Source: Octopus vulgaris | Lineage: Eukaryota | Assembly (NCBI GenBank): GCA_951406725.2 | Contig: OX597817.1 | Span: forward strand, 134,664,001-134,728,000 | Length of the DNA stretch: 64,000 nucleotides | Reading direction: 5' to 3' | In this document: one piece after another, positions 27,366 to 41,192 of the stretch | Layout of the letters: every line of letters starts with the position of its first letter | How positions within the stretch are numbered: position 1 is the first letter of the stretch | Program-made: the position numbers and the translations under genes | The notes under the pieces: generated by a model | Seen by the model: only the letters and a program-made list of their open reading frames with translations | Databases searched by the model: none | What the model was told of the DNA's origin: nothing

Positions 27366-28152
27366 AGTTTCCACAGCTGTTGTTATTAACGCTGCAGTCG
27401 TTGTTCTTTCTCTTGTTCTTGTTCTAGTTGTCGTTCATGTTCTTGATGCAGTTATTGTTGTTGCTGTCGTCGTTGTGGTTCTATATCCACCAACAGTTGC
27501 GCAAATTGAAAGTTTTACAACCGTGAAATACCCCCCCACCCGCCTCATTGTTCCATAAATAATAGCCGAGAGGAAATAGGTTCGATACATCGCCTGCATT
27601 GGCTGCCCAAGGAAATGGATACACCCACACACCTCCTGCATCCCTCGAAACTATACTCATGCCGTCCTCATTACCACCACACCTACACACATTATCTCAC
27701 TCTCTGCTCTCTCTCCCTCTCGATACACACAAACACATAAACAAGCACACATATATATGTATGTGTGTGTGTGTGTCTGTTTTCCTCTCCTTCTATTTCG
27801 GTTGAATCAGGGTTTATTTCGCAACCAGCCATAATATGATAATGCTAAACGAAGTTGGACGAAAGATTCAGTTTCCGGAATAAACATATGAGAATGCACA
27901 AAAACACACGCACACTAACACATCGGCATAAATACGCGCGCACGCACATACACACAATAGCAAATGCATATACACACATGCGTCACATACAAACATGCAT
28001 ATTTTTATACATATTTATACAAACGGTAATGGAGACTTAAAGACACTAGCCTGTGTGTCGACGTCCATTTACACATGCGTACATACACAAAGACAACATA
28101 CTCACACATATACGTACACACAAATATTCTTATATACATATACACTTACACA

Positions 28153-28209
<57 letters not shown>

Positions 28210-29792
28210 GTTAAGTAAAAGGATGGAGAATTGTCCCGCGTGTTTAGCGTAATCGTGTACCTTTGATATCTTAATAGTTTGGTTGGAATTGGTTTAGTTC
28301 TGAATATAACAACCTCGCTATTAAACATCGCAAGATATCAGATTTTGATAGGAGATTTTTCGAAATCTTATAGTTCTTCAATCTGGATATCTACAGAATA
28401 GTCGAGAACAATATACGGGTTAGCTCTTTTAAATAGAGCACCTTCTTAAACGTTCAACGTGGGACCGCGAACTTTACAGATTTTGCTAATATATTATGTG
28501 TATCATGATTTGAAACAGCACAGGTATAACTGACTTTGGGTCAACCATTCACATTGTAATATGTGTATCTGTGTGTCCTTTATACAGATCCACAGTTTTT
28601 TACGTAAAAGGCTCGCATTTTCTATGGGTTTTCAAAACTGTCTGAGGGTGGTCGTGAAGATCTTTTCATTTCCCCAGTCACCCTAGAAAGCCATTAAAAA
28701 ATCAATAAACCGACCCCTTATGCCCATAAGTTATGGGCATATCCATTCAAAATCGCTAAAACATAGAAATTTGTACGTACAGCTAGATACACCAATAGAC
28801 TGCCAGCTGTTTTTTGATTGGACGGAGATTATTTTACCCTTGACAGTCTGTATGACTCAGCGCATTTTTGTGTTTTGCGAAGACGCGTTATCATGTGTTT
28901 TGGCTTTCAAACGCGCACGCTTTTTTGATTTGAGAAATGCAGGGAATAATTAACGAGTTAGACCAAGTGAATGACAAGAGAGAGAGCGGGATTTTCATGA
29001 AAGACCAAATATACTTGATATGCTATCATTCCTTAAGAGTTTGAGCCTATTCAATGAATCTATTTAGGAAGGGCTTTACTTTTATGCTTTCGGTTGATTT
29101 AAGTTATCCAGCGAGAACCCAGCATGTTTTATTCAAGTAGGATTAAAAATGAAAAATGGGTAAGTTGAATCCTAAGGGATTTTCATAAAAAACCTTTATT
29201 TGTTTGCATTTAGCCTAAGATCGAATCATTTGCAACCTACACAGCAGGAGCATAGGGTTATCAAGGTGATCCTTTTGGTGCAAGAAATCTTAATTTGATT
29301 CAAGTTTACCAAAATTGCCAATCAATCAGTGGAAACTCAATAAAACTATTCCTTGCGGGTTTCCGCATTTAAATTGACTGCAACCTTTTCTTTTAGCCCT
29401 AACTTGAGGTATGAATGACCTAAGATACAAAGATTTTCTTAAGCGAAATTTCATGCTTTTGTGTTTTGAGATACGAGTGAGAATTGAGATGCTAATTAAT
29501 TTCCAGTCACATTTTTCCGCTCGCTAGGAAATTTGAAATCTTTGTCAGCCCTGATTATTCATTTCATTTTGTTGGTGAAGGTTTGATTTCATGGTGGTCT
29601 TTATCGATTTTCTAACATGCTCCCCTTACATCTCCAACAAAGCCGCCAAATTTGCGATGATTAATTACCCAGTGCAGCTGCACCTCTGGGTGGGCTCAGA
29701 ATATGCAGAGGCTCAGTCAAACGCGTTAAAAAACATATACGATGGAAAGGCGAATATAATTTCCGAAAACAAAGAAAGGGATTTAGCACAAA

Positions 29793-29873
<81 letters not shown>

Positions 29874-30331
29874 TATGTATGTGTGTGAGTGTGTATGTGT
29901 ACATAGATTAAATAAGGAAACGTACTTCATTGAAAAATATAAAACAAAACCTAACCACTTGTAACATTCTATTCTTTCTAAACCAAATCATGTTAAATTA
30001 ATAAAACCTAGTCATTCCCCACATTTATGATTATCTCCATTATACCTAAAAAATCCCTGATTACCTTCCTCTGTCTGGAAGTCTCATACTTCACGTCCTA
30101 GCGAAGAGATGACACGATATCGGTAAAGAATTTTGAGAAATTTGCGAAGAAAACACGAAACCGGTTATTTCTTCAAAAACAATGTTACTATACACAAAAT
30201 TTTCTAACATTTCTCTAACATAACGATTTAAATATATTTTTTAACCATATCACACAGGCCTTCTGTAGTTTTTTCACTCTATTTTGTCTTTTATACATCT
30301 AACCACTTGCTTTCACATACCAACTCTCTCA

Positions 30332-30427
<96 letters not shown>

Positions 30428-30994
30428 TATATATATATACGTTTATGCATGTATATGAATACATTCTCACATAAACATATATTATCCGTTTACACCCGCA
30501 CACACACGTGAAGGAAAGCAGCACGTTTGCAGAAAAACACTGTGTCCCGATATAATATATTCTATTACGTATCTTGTATTACACATCGTATTGTTCAGCA
30601 CTAAACCCAGTTTATTTTGTACGCTACTAGTTTTCCTGTTTGAAAATGTATTTTTTTTGGTGTATTCTGAATAAATAATCCCCTTCATCTCTCTAACAGT
30701 CGATCAAACTTTTTTTAATGCTGCCCTCTCTTGCTGCACTCTGCACTCTGTGTACTCCCTGTTGGTACTTAACTTTGAGAAGTAGAAATTCTAAAGAATT
30801 TTACATTTTCTCTAAACAACCAGACCTCTGCTGGAAAATATTCCTCAAATCATTCTCTAATCTCTAAAAAACGGAAGGAAACTTCATTTCATTCAAACTG
30901 TAATGAACACAAATTTTGTGAGAAAAAAGAAAAGAAAAAAAATTGAAGAATTACAAAATTAGTAAAATACAAATAAACACGTATGGAGTGCTGT

Positions 30995-31025
<31 letters not shown>

Positions 31026-31291
31026 GCAACAACAACAATGATAACTGCAACAACATCAACGAAACAAACAAACACCGTGATAAATGCAGAAAGTATAACT
31101 TTTTTTATATTTAAAAAATCAAGTCACGTGAGGGATGGAAATTGAATTTAAATAAGAAAATTAGATTTCTCGGCAAATTTCCTGCATTTTCATAGAAAAA
31201 CAAACGTCAAAACCAAAACGTTAATGGCGTTTCATTTTAAATTAGGGTTGTGGAGAATACATGACACGAGTGAGTACAGATATCTATGTAT

Positions 31292-31346
<55 letters not shown>

Positions 31347-31788
31347 GTGAAGTGTGTATATGTGCATACACATGCAATATACATATGAAAGTATAGACAG
31401 ATACAGATGCACACATATCCTTACACATACATACACATACACGCACATTTATATAGAAACTTATACATATATACATACGTGTGTGCGTGTGAGAGTGTCT
31501 GTGTGTGTTTGTATGTAGTTGTGTGTGTAAGTATATATATATATATATATATATATATACAAGTATGCATTTGTTATTTATGTAAGTATGCTTGTATAGA
31601 TTGGTAAGAGTTGCTAGTTTTCCCATTACTTAAAATTTCATGCTACATAAAGCATTCTCCATATGGATGTGATTCAAGGAAGGAGCTCCATAGGTGAACC
31701 AATTACAGATTTGTATTTCATATACTTATACACGCAGCTACTTATACTCTCACACATTTGTTTGTGTGTGTGTGTGTGTGTGTGCTAC

Positions 31789-31825
<37 letters not shown>

Positions 31826-31902
31826 ATTTATATTATTATAAGATCGAACGCCACGCATCCATTTCCAAGTAAGTTTTATATATTATATATAAATTTAAAT
31901 GA

Positions 31903-31995
<93 letters not shown>

Positions 31996-32221
31996 TATGT
32001 ATGTATGTATACATATACTTATATAGAAAGATAAATATATATATACATAGACAGATAGATAGACAGATATGTGTGCATATGTATATATACATACATACAT
32101 ATATATATATATATAAATATATATAAATATATATATATGTATATATATATATATACATATATTTACATATATATATATACATATTTATATATATGTATAT
32201 ATATATACATATATTTATATG

Positions 32222-32282
<61 letters not shown>

Positions 32283-32932
32283 GAGACTGTGTATATCTAT
32301 TACACTGAAATAACACCATTGAAAGTTTGAGCCAAAGGTGAGAAACAAGCCTCCCTACCAGGAAAATCTGTCTCACATTCGTTTTTGTGAAGATAAATAA
32401 TTTGATTAACCTGCCAATAAAATCTGATTCCTCTCCCCCGTCCATTCCACCTTTTATTTATGATGTCTTTTACAGTACTATATCTCTGAAATTATGTTCT
32501 CATAGATTCTATGAAAAACGAAATGCTACGAAGCGGAAACGAACATGTAACTAGTCGCTATCCTTCGCTTGTTTTCTCACACAGTGGCATACATTCGATA
32601 AAATGCTTGAGATAACAAACAGAGGAAGAAATCGATAGAAAAATATTGAAAGACAAGATTAAAATTCAAGAAATATTCTTCACCTCAAAGCAGTATGTAT
32701 GTAATCGGATATGATATGGTCCACTTTTATGTTGAAGATTTTATCAGATTTGTTATTGTTGTTGTTGTTGCCGTGTTTGTTGTTGCTGTTGTTTTCGTCA
32801 TTGGTGTTCTAGTTTTCAGGTTGCCCTTGTTGTATGTGATTCTTTCGCTGTTGTTATATTTATTGCGTGCGTTCTCTTGTTTGGCGAATCTTTCTTTCTA
32901 TTTCTTTCGTTCAATTTGGCAAATACACACAC

Positions 32933-33000
<68 letters not shown>

Positions 33001-33136
33001 GTCTATCTATCTATCTATCTATATATATATATTTACATATATACGAATATACATCCTTATATATACACGCACATGCATACTAATATACGCACAAACATGA
33101 ATACACAAATATGCATATACATGGATACATATACGC

Positions 33137-33206
<70 letters not shown>

Positions 33207-33639
33207 ATATATATATATATATGTCTATATATACACACACATGCACACAGATATATATATATATATACATATGCATACATACATACATGTCTTTGTGATA
33301 TTATGTCATGGTTAGAAGACTGTATTATGAAACCTGTATAAAGTATAATCCAGAGGAAAAAAATTATAAGAAGATATAAAAACGGGAGGGGAGTAGAATC
33401 ACTGATAATTCGAAAGAATCCAGGTGGAATGTCACTATCAGGACTTCAATAGAATAAAAGAACAGCAGAGCAGACGAAATGATTAGGGACGGATAAACGT
33501 ATCTATAGACATGTGTTATTCATCACGTGTCAACATGATGTTAAATGTTAGTAAAAGAAAAAACAAAGGCAAAGAGAAAATCTACTTTGAACTTATGAGA
33601 AATCGATGGTTCTCCAATGGGTTTATAACTTCAGATTAC

Positions 33640-33830
33640 TACAAGCGATTATTGGGAAATATAGCTACGGGACTAACTGCCTGGGTATCAAATTCGCAAA
33701 GAACACGCCTCATCAGGAGATTACAGATACAAGTTATCAATGGTGCTGTCAAAATATATAAAACATTGATGAAGTTCAGCAAGAAGTAAGATCCTCGTAG
33801 CCAGGAACAGATACGTCTGCGTCCATAATT
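33640..33830 (+). mobile_element. Possible 3' end of another REL-type non-LTR element
   Basis: LIRRLQIQVINGAVKIYKTLMKF* resembles the terminal helix of REL-endonuclease LINEs (compare IQKIALLGTAHILRR in the Dong copies). Confidence 0.35.
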
Positions 33831-33992
33831 TTTTATGTTTAGGTAAAAATTGATCTCTGCACTCATTTTAAGTATTTGTTCAAAATATCGGAATGGGACC
33901 GCAGTAAGAAACATGAGCTCCTGCTCACAGATGGATCTTTTGAAGTAAAACTGAATCAATTGCTAACAGTGATCTAAATATTGGTTATATGT

Positions 33993-34160
33993 CACGTTCT
34001 GAGTTCAAATTCCGCCGAGGTCGACTTTGCCTTCCATCCTTTCGGGGTCGATTAAATAAGTACCAGTTACGCACTGGGGTCGATGTAATCAACTTAATCC
34101 CTTTGTCTGTCCTTGTTTCTCCTCTCTGTGTTTAGCCCCTTGTGGGTAGTAAAGAAATAG
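33993..34160 (+). mobile_element. SINE family B with Tx1-like 3' tail
   Basis: GAGTTCAAATTCCGCCGAGGTCGACTTTGCCTTCCATCCTTTCGGGGTCG core. Tail TCTGTGTTTAGCCCCTTGTGGGTAGTAAAGAAATA. Flanked by a possible TSD GGTTATATGTCACG (33983 and 34160). Confidence 0.85.
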
Positions 34161-34239
34161 GTTATATGTCACGATGAATAAACTGTCAAACACACTCATA
34201 CAACCTGCGTACTTCATGCGTATGGCAGTACATTGGCTG

Positions 34240-34425
34240 AAGGCACGTGGCTCAGTGGTTAGGGTATTCCGTTTACGATTGTAAGGTTCGTGCGTTCGAT
34301 TCCTGCCGGTGCGTTCTGTCCCTGAGCAACACATTTTATACAGCTTCTGCAGTCCACCCAGGTGGGTAAGATGAGTGGTACCTGGAATTCAAATAGGCCG
34401 ACCTTGTCGTATTCTATGTGTCATT
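34240..34425 (+). mobile_element. tRNA-SINE family D head
   Basis: GGCACGTGGCTCAGTGGTTAGGG...GTTCGATTCC (A and B boxes). Confidence 0.75.
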
Positions 34426-34439
34426 TTTATGAAGACAAA

Positions 34440-34810
34440 TTATTGTTCCAAACCAAATGGATCCGGGTTCAGTCTTTGGGCAAGTATCTTCTAATAAAGC
34501 CTCAGGCTGATCAAAGCCTTGCGAGTGGATTTGGTAGAAGCCTATTATGTATATGTATGTGTGCGCGTGTGTGGTTGTCTATTATGTATATGTGCAGCGT
34601 GTGTGTGTGTGCGTGTGTGTGTGTTTGCGTCTGTATTTACCTCCATAGTGCTTGACAACCTGTGTTGGTTTGTTTACGTTCCCATAACTTATCGGTTCGG
34701 CCGGCTTTAAAAACACTAAGTACAGGCGTAGATTCATTCGATCAAAAAATTTTCAAGGCGGTGCCCCTGCTTGGCCGCAACTTAATAACTAAAACAAATA
34801 AAAGAAAAAG
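34440..34810 (+). mobile_element. SINE family A, 5'-degenerate
   Basis: CGGGTTCAGTC...TTGGGCAAGTATCTTCT...GAGTGGATTTGGTAGA...AAGGCGGTGCCCCTGCTTGGCCGCA. Confidence 0.75.
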
Positions 34811-35190
34811 AAAACAAGACGACATCAAGAAACCAAATAAGGTATGAGATCATATCCTTTATTAAATTCTTTATCAAACTGTTAATGATATTTCTAAGTT
34901 TATAAACCATCGCATCCGGATCAGATCTCTGACGTAATAAAACTAACGATGGATGTGCGCAGGATGAATATCAAATCTCTATCCTGGGGGTCCATGACGA
35001 TGCGCCAGCGTCCTTTCTTACTCCAGTTTTCTACAATCTGGGGGACTTCGGAATTCATTCCTGCGAAATATTAGTTACTGCTAGGGAAACATGATGCACT
35101 ACCAAGTCTATTGCAGTTTGCAAATCAATGATGTGTCTTAGCTTTTTGTGTTGGCATTGGGATTTAATCACTTCTAAGTTATCTCTATAT

Positions 35191-35360
35191 ATTTCTATAG
35201 AATTCAGAGTAAGAACTGAAAGTTTCGACGTTTCCTATACGAATATGTCTGTGTAAACAATGCGATCGAAGAGCTTCGACCCCATTGTTTACACAGACGT
35301 GTCCGTATTTCGTATACAAAACGTCATAACTTTGACTATTGACTCTAAATTCTATAGAAA
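35191..35360. mobile_element. Imperfect palindromic (fold-back/MITE-like) element
   Basis: TTTCTATAGAATT...GTCTGTGTAAACAATG..TCGAAG|A|GCTTCGA..CATTGTTTACACAGAC...AATTCTATAGAAA. Confidence 0.7.
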
Positions 35361-35377
35361 ATTCTTGCCCAGATATC

Positions 35378-35570
35378 TCAGCCTTGGCTTTGCTTTGGGC
35401 AGCATTGTTGATGTAGGGTGAAGGAGACTTGTAGCATAAGAGAAGGCTGGCTTTCCATTAGAATACAGTAAAAATATCTCAACCGAAAAGGAACATCCAG
35501 GCTGCAGATGCGGAGGGAAAGTCTGACCAACGGAAATTTCAGAAGATGGAGGGCAAGGATGAAGCTCATC
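35378..35570 (+). mobile_element. Possible RTE-clade 3' remnant
   Basis: Weak resemblance to the RTE C-terminal region, ending ...NFRRWRARM; heavily decayed. Confidence 0.3.
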
Positions 35571-35894
35571 TCTTTGTTTTGGGATTTGGTCCCGTGCGCT
35601 TTAAAAGTGACTTTCCTTCCTGTGGGCCCTCAACCCATTGCTGAATCGTAGGGTTACCGTACCATTATGCAAAAGTTCTTACGTACTTTTAGACTTAGCG
35701 TAACTCATCCCTCTCCAGGCTTGTCCACAGACGCCGTTATCATCGTCGTCGTCATCATCCTCATCAATATTATCATTCCCCTCTGTTTCTCGTGATCAAT
35801 CTTTTAAATCTAAAATCCGAACTTCTGTATCTTGAGTATTTGCAATCTGTTAATTTATTAATTGTGCGATGTAATCTATTTAGAGTAGGAAACT

Positions 35895-36720
35895 AGGGAT
35901 GGAGGAAGAGAGAAAGGGAGGAAGAAAGAAAGGAACAAAGGAAGAAAGGATGATAGGAAGAGAGAAAGGAAGGCAAGAAGGAAGGAGGGAAGAGAGAAAG
36001 GAAGGAAGGAAGGAAGGACGGAATGAAGAAAGAGAGAAAGGAACGAACGAACGAACGAACGATGATAGGCAGGAAGGAAGGAAAGAAGGAAGGAAGATAC
36101 GAAGGGAGGGAGGAAGGAAAGAAGAGAGAAAGGAAAGAAGGAAGAAAGAAAGGAACAAAGGAAGAATGGATGGTAGGAAGAGAGAAAGGAAGGCAAGAAG
36201 GAAGGAGGGAAGAGAGAAAGGAAGGACGGAAGGAATGAAGAAAGAGAGAAAGGAACGAACGAACGAACGAACGATGATAGGCAGGAAGGGAGGAAAGAAG
36301 GAAGGATGATACGAAGGGAGGGAGGAAGGAAAGAAAAGAGAAAGGAAGGAAGAAAGAAAGAAACAAAGGAAGAATGGATGGTAGGAAGAGAGAAAGGAAG
36401 GCAAGAAGGAAGGAAGGAAGAGAGAAAGGAAGGACGGAAGGAATGAAGAAAGAGAGAAAGGAACGAACGAACGAACGAACGAACGATGATAGGCAGGAAG
36501 GAAGGAAGGGAGGAAGGAAGGAAGGATGATACGAAGGGAGGGAGGAAGGAAGGAAGAGAGGAAGGAAAGAAGGGAGGAAGAAAGGAAGGAAATATGGTAG
36601 GAAAGAAGGAAGGAAGAAAGAAAGGAAAGATGGTAGGAAAGAAGGAAGGAAGGATAGTACGAAAGAAGGAAGGAAGGACGGAAGGAAGGACGGAAGGAAG
36701 GAAGGAAGGGAGGAGTTAAG
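35895..36720. repeat. Purine-rich higher-order repeat (~215-bp unit x3, built from GGAA/GAAA/CGAA)
   Basis: Landmarks GGAACAAAGGAAG, GGCAAGAAGG and (CGAA)nCGATGATAGGCAGG recur three times, starting near 35931, 36151 and 36360. Confidence 0.9.
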
Positions 36721-37093
36721 GAAGGCAATGATGAAGAGAGCAAAAGAGAAACTAGAAAGGAGAGGAGACTGAGAGAAGAGAGAGACAGAGACAGAGACAG
36801 GAGAGAGAGAAGGAGAGAGAGAAGAGAGAGGGGAAGCGGGCGGAAGAGAGGGAATGAGGAAAAGAAGAAGAAATAGAGTTAAATGAGAACAAAAAAAATA
36901 TGATAATAATAAACGGTTAAATTGAAAGAAGAAGAAAAATGAAGAATATAACGAAATAAGCAATGAGGAATTAGAAGTGAACAACTCGGTGCTTGTAGAA
37001 CTGAAGAAATTAATCTAATTAAGGTTAGTGTTTTGCATGAAAACAAAACGGAATTGATAAGGCATCACTTCATACAAAACGCAGACCAGTAAG

Positions 37094-37158
<65 letters not shown>

Positions 37159-37215
37159 ATACATATACATACATACATACACACATATATATATATATGT
37201 ACGTATGCATATATG

Positions 37216-37259
<44 letters not shown>

Positions 37260-37265
37260 AATATA

Positions 37266-37332
<67 letters not shown>

Positions 37333-37986
37333 TATACATTATACACAGAACACATATCTGCAGGATGGCAGCCATTGCATATTGGTAACGTGGCTGATGT
37401 TGAGGGTAAGAAGAGACGACAGCGAAGAAGTAAAAATTGCGTTTTTAAAAGATAGACCGGTCTGATTTAGAGAGTAGTTCTAACGTATAGCGATTTGATT
37501 GATTGCTTTCAGGAGTGGAAAAGAAGAGCCTATAAACGGTGGAGCCTAGCTGTGCTATACTGCATTTTCCCAATATTGGTAGCAATAATTAATAAAGAAA
37601 AAAGTACAAAAATAACAACAACTGAAATATGTGTAATAATGCTTTGAATGAACGGAATAATGCGAAAGAGAAAGCGAAAAACAATTACAGGAGTTATTGG
37701 CAAAGGCAAGCTATTAGTTCGATGAATGTCTGAGCAAGTTGGAAACGGATATCCCACAATGCTTCAGGATTAAGAAGTATCAGTTTTAAGAAAAGAAAAT
37801 GAGCAAAGTGCGGTTAAGAAATAAATAAATAAATAAATAAATACAAGAAAGCTGAAAGAAGATTGAGTTTCGTCAAGATGAAGATAAGTTTTATATTTAT
37901 CTTCTCTTATTTATCGTCTCCTGTTGAAGAGAAAGAAAAAAATATACTTATGACGTGTTGTTTTAGCGCCAGAATATATATATATA

Positions 37987-38081
<95 letters not shown>

Positions 38082-38126
38082 TTATTTATATATAAATGTA
38101 TGTGTGTATATATATAGATAAATATT

Positions 38127-38246
<120 letters not shown>

Positions 38247-38807
38247 GCATATGTATATAATATACATGTGTGTATGTATGTATGTATTACGTATGTTTAT
38301 TACTAATTTTTGTTGCTCTTTCCCTCACTCACACTTCGTGTTGCTACTTTCATGTTCTTACTTTCAAATTTTATAATTCATTTCAATATTCGAGAAGAAA
38401 AAGCGGAGGCTATCTCAACACCCACCACCTGTCCCGAATCTTCAAAGATCTTTCTTATAACGTTATCTTTCAACGCTGCCAATGATGATAAGAAACCTAA
38501 TTGGTTGCTTAAAACTGCAAAGAGAAGTAAAAGGTGTGAAAAATAGTTTTATGTAAAAGCAAAACCAAGCGTTTAAAAGAAAGCGATGCAGTTGAGTTTG
38601 AAATATAAAAGTGACATAGTCTAAAAAAAATGCTTTATGATATAAATACAAGGCAGGAGAAAGGAAATGGTGGCAATTTGAAGTCGGAAGATAAGATAGA
38701 CAAATAAACCAATCATGAGAATTTAATGAACTTCATATCATCTTTCCATGTAAACCGGTCTTTTATGTCCATAAATTTAAGAAATATGCTAGCCATTTTT
38801 TCTTTCG

Positions 38808-38840
<33 letters not shown>

Positions 38841-38842
38841 GG

Positions 38843-38875
<33 letters not shown>

Positions 38876-38879
38876 GGGG

Positions 38880-38912
<33 letters not shown>

Positions 38913-38953
38913 TAGATAGATATAGATAGATAGATAGATAGAGAGATAGAGAT

Positions 38954-39018
<65 letters not shown>

Positions 39019-39412
39019 CATAAATATATACATAAATATATGTATGTATGTATGTATGTATGTATACATGTATTGTATGTTTGTATGTAGATGATTTTTG
39101 CTCACTTCTTGATGAAGGGATCCAGATTTACGATAATATCTCTCTAAATGTTTACTGGTTCTAGAGCCGAGAACATTTGCATATACCATCTGCTAATTAT
39201 GCACATCACCATTATTAATTAAATCGCGAGTTTCCTGAAACGGCTGTCGAGCTGAGAAATTATGTAGTCTCCTTGTATTCTAGGTTTTTTATACTCTGTG
39301 TAAATACAAGAAAATGGAGAGTTGAGGATGTATAATTAATTTATTTGTAGCATAGTTTGTTGATATTATATAAATTCAAATAAAGTTTTAAAAACACAAT
39401 GGAAGACTTAAA

Positions 39413-39527
39413 AAAACCTACATATGTTTCGATTTCGGCCCCTTGGTAATGAATAATTCAAAGCATTTGGGTAAAATCCAATATTACCAATTTAAGCTGT
39501 AAGAGGTAGAATCGCTTCAGGGTCTTT
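39413..39527 (-). ncRNA. Hammerhead-like motif with long stem II insert (decayed core)
   Basis: AAGACC-CTGAAGC-GATT...AATC-GAAA-CATATG-TA-GGTTTT. Palindromic stem III ACATATGT; core CUGAAGC deviates from CUGANGA. Confidence 0.55.
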
Positions 39528-40105
39528 TTGTCTTAATAATAACAAGGATTACATCTTTCTTGAAGGGATTCAAATCTACAACTAAAGAAGTTTAACATGG
39601 TATTTCATATATATCGTGGGCTTGTATTTGCTAAGGTTATAACTGAAGTAAGTAAAAATAGAAATAAAATAAAATGAACTTATTAAAAATATATATATAC
39701 GAATAATATGAATAACAATATATTCTTATATATTTAAGGGAAAGTAATTATGCAATAAAATAAATAAAATAAAGTAGAATAAATAAACAAATTAGGATAA
39801 ATAATAAGTAAGCCGTTATAAGTCTATAATTTCTATTGACTTACTAGCGCAGATACTAGTAAATATTCATGTATACGTGTTCATCGAATCATATTTAATC
39901 AAATTTAATCGTTTATATACGCGTTAGCATCTACTCAAATTTGAATATTCTATCCGTTAATAGATGTTTTATTGAAGTTAATATATATATACACGTAGAC
40001 CTATGTACACATGTATTCAGTAAGCGTATATATTTTCACATATATATATATATACATATATTCATGTTTAGGCCTATATATACATACACACACACACACA
40101 CACAC

Positions 40106-40170
<65 letters not shown>

Positions 40171-40720
40171 GTATATTATGTTTAAGTATATATACAGTTG
40201 TATATTGTTCAGTATATGTTCTAAATAAGGGAAAAAACGAAAATAAAATAAAATAAAACAAACTAAATGAAACGGGGATTAATAGGATAAATTAAAATTA
40301 CGATAGGATAATAATCTGTATTTTATATTATGATAGAATATTTATAAATCTTTGAATACGTATCTATCAATTCATTTATTTATATACTAAGAAAATGCGT
40401 ATTACGTTTTTCCCCTGATAAGTATGAGGTCTGTGTTCATATTCTTACGTTTTTCAACGTTATTACAGTGTGCGGAGACGTCCCTTGGTTCTCATCATAA
40501 AGACCAAATGATGCAGCGTATGTAATTATGCGAATTATTTTGTACAACGTGGTCTTGAAAATCAATCCAACACTGCAAATATTTCAAATTTAGTTAATGA
40601 CAAGTTTCTTCTGTCGACCCCTAGGAGCCTTAGTGTTTTGCTTCACCTGCCGAACTTCCTAGTTGAATCTACATACATATTGCTCAGTTATTTACATGTC
40701 AGTTAACTTCGGATCATCAA

Positions 40721-40764
40721 ATCGGTCATTGATCGGTCATTGATCGGTCATCGATCGGTCATTG
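40721..40764. repeat. 11-bp tandem repeat (ATCGGTCATTG) x4
   Basis: Directly visible. Confidence 0.9.
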
Positions 40765-41107
40765 ATAGCTGTTTCAAGGTTCTATTAATATTTTCCATAA
40801 CAATTTGTTATTATGAACTTCTATATTAGTCTTTGTTCTTTTGATAAATGTTTTAAATTTATTCATACTAAGTTTATATTTTGCTTTTTATACATATAAG
40901 ATTTGCCAACATAAATTTCTTATATCGTTTAAGTCTATATAGAACAGATTCCTATGTATATAGAATAATATTTTAAATGTTTTCTTAAATAGGCCGCATG
41001 TTGATCTATAAGCAGTTATATATTTGAGCTTACATTATTGTAGACAGACAGCCAGACAGATAGAAAGACAGAAAGATAGATAGATAGATAGGTTGAGAGA
41101 TAGATAT

Positions 41108-41185
<78 letters not shown>

Positions 41186-41192
41186 GGATAGA

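Noticed and set aside
28560-28745. Helitron-like segment ending in the hairpin TGCCCATAAGTTATGGGCA
   Set aside because: No TC 5' or CTRR 3' terminus could be located.
35880-36984. Longest ORFs in the track (287 and 363 aa)
   Set aside because: They are products of the pyrimidine strand of the GA-rich repeat.
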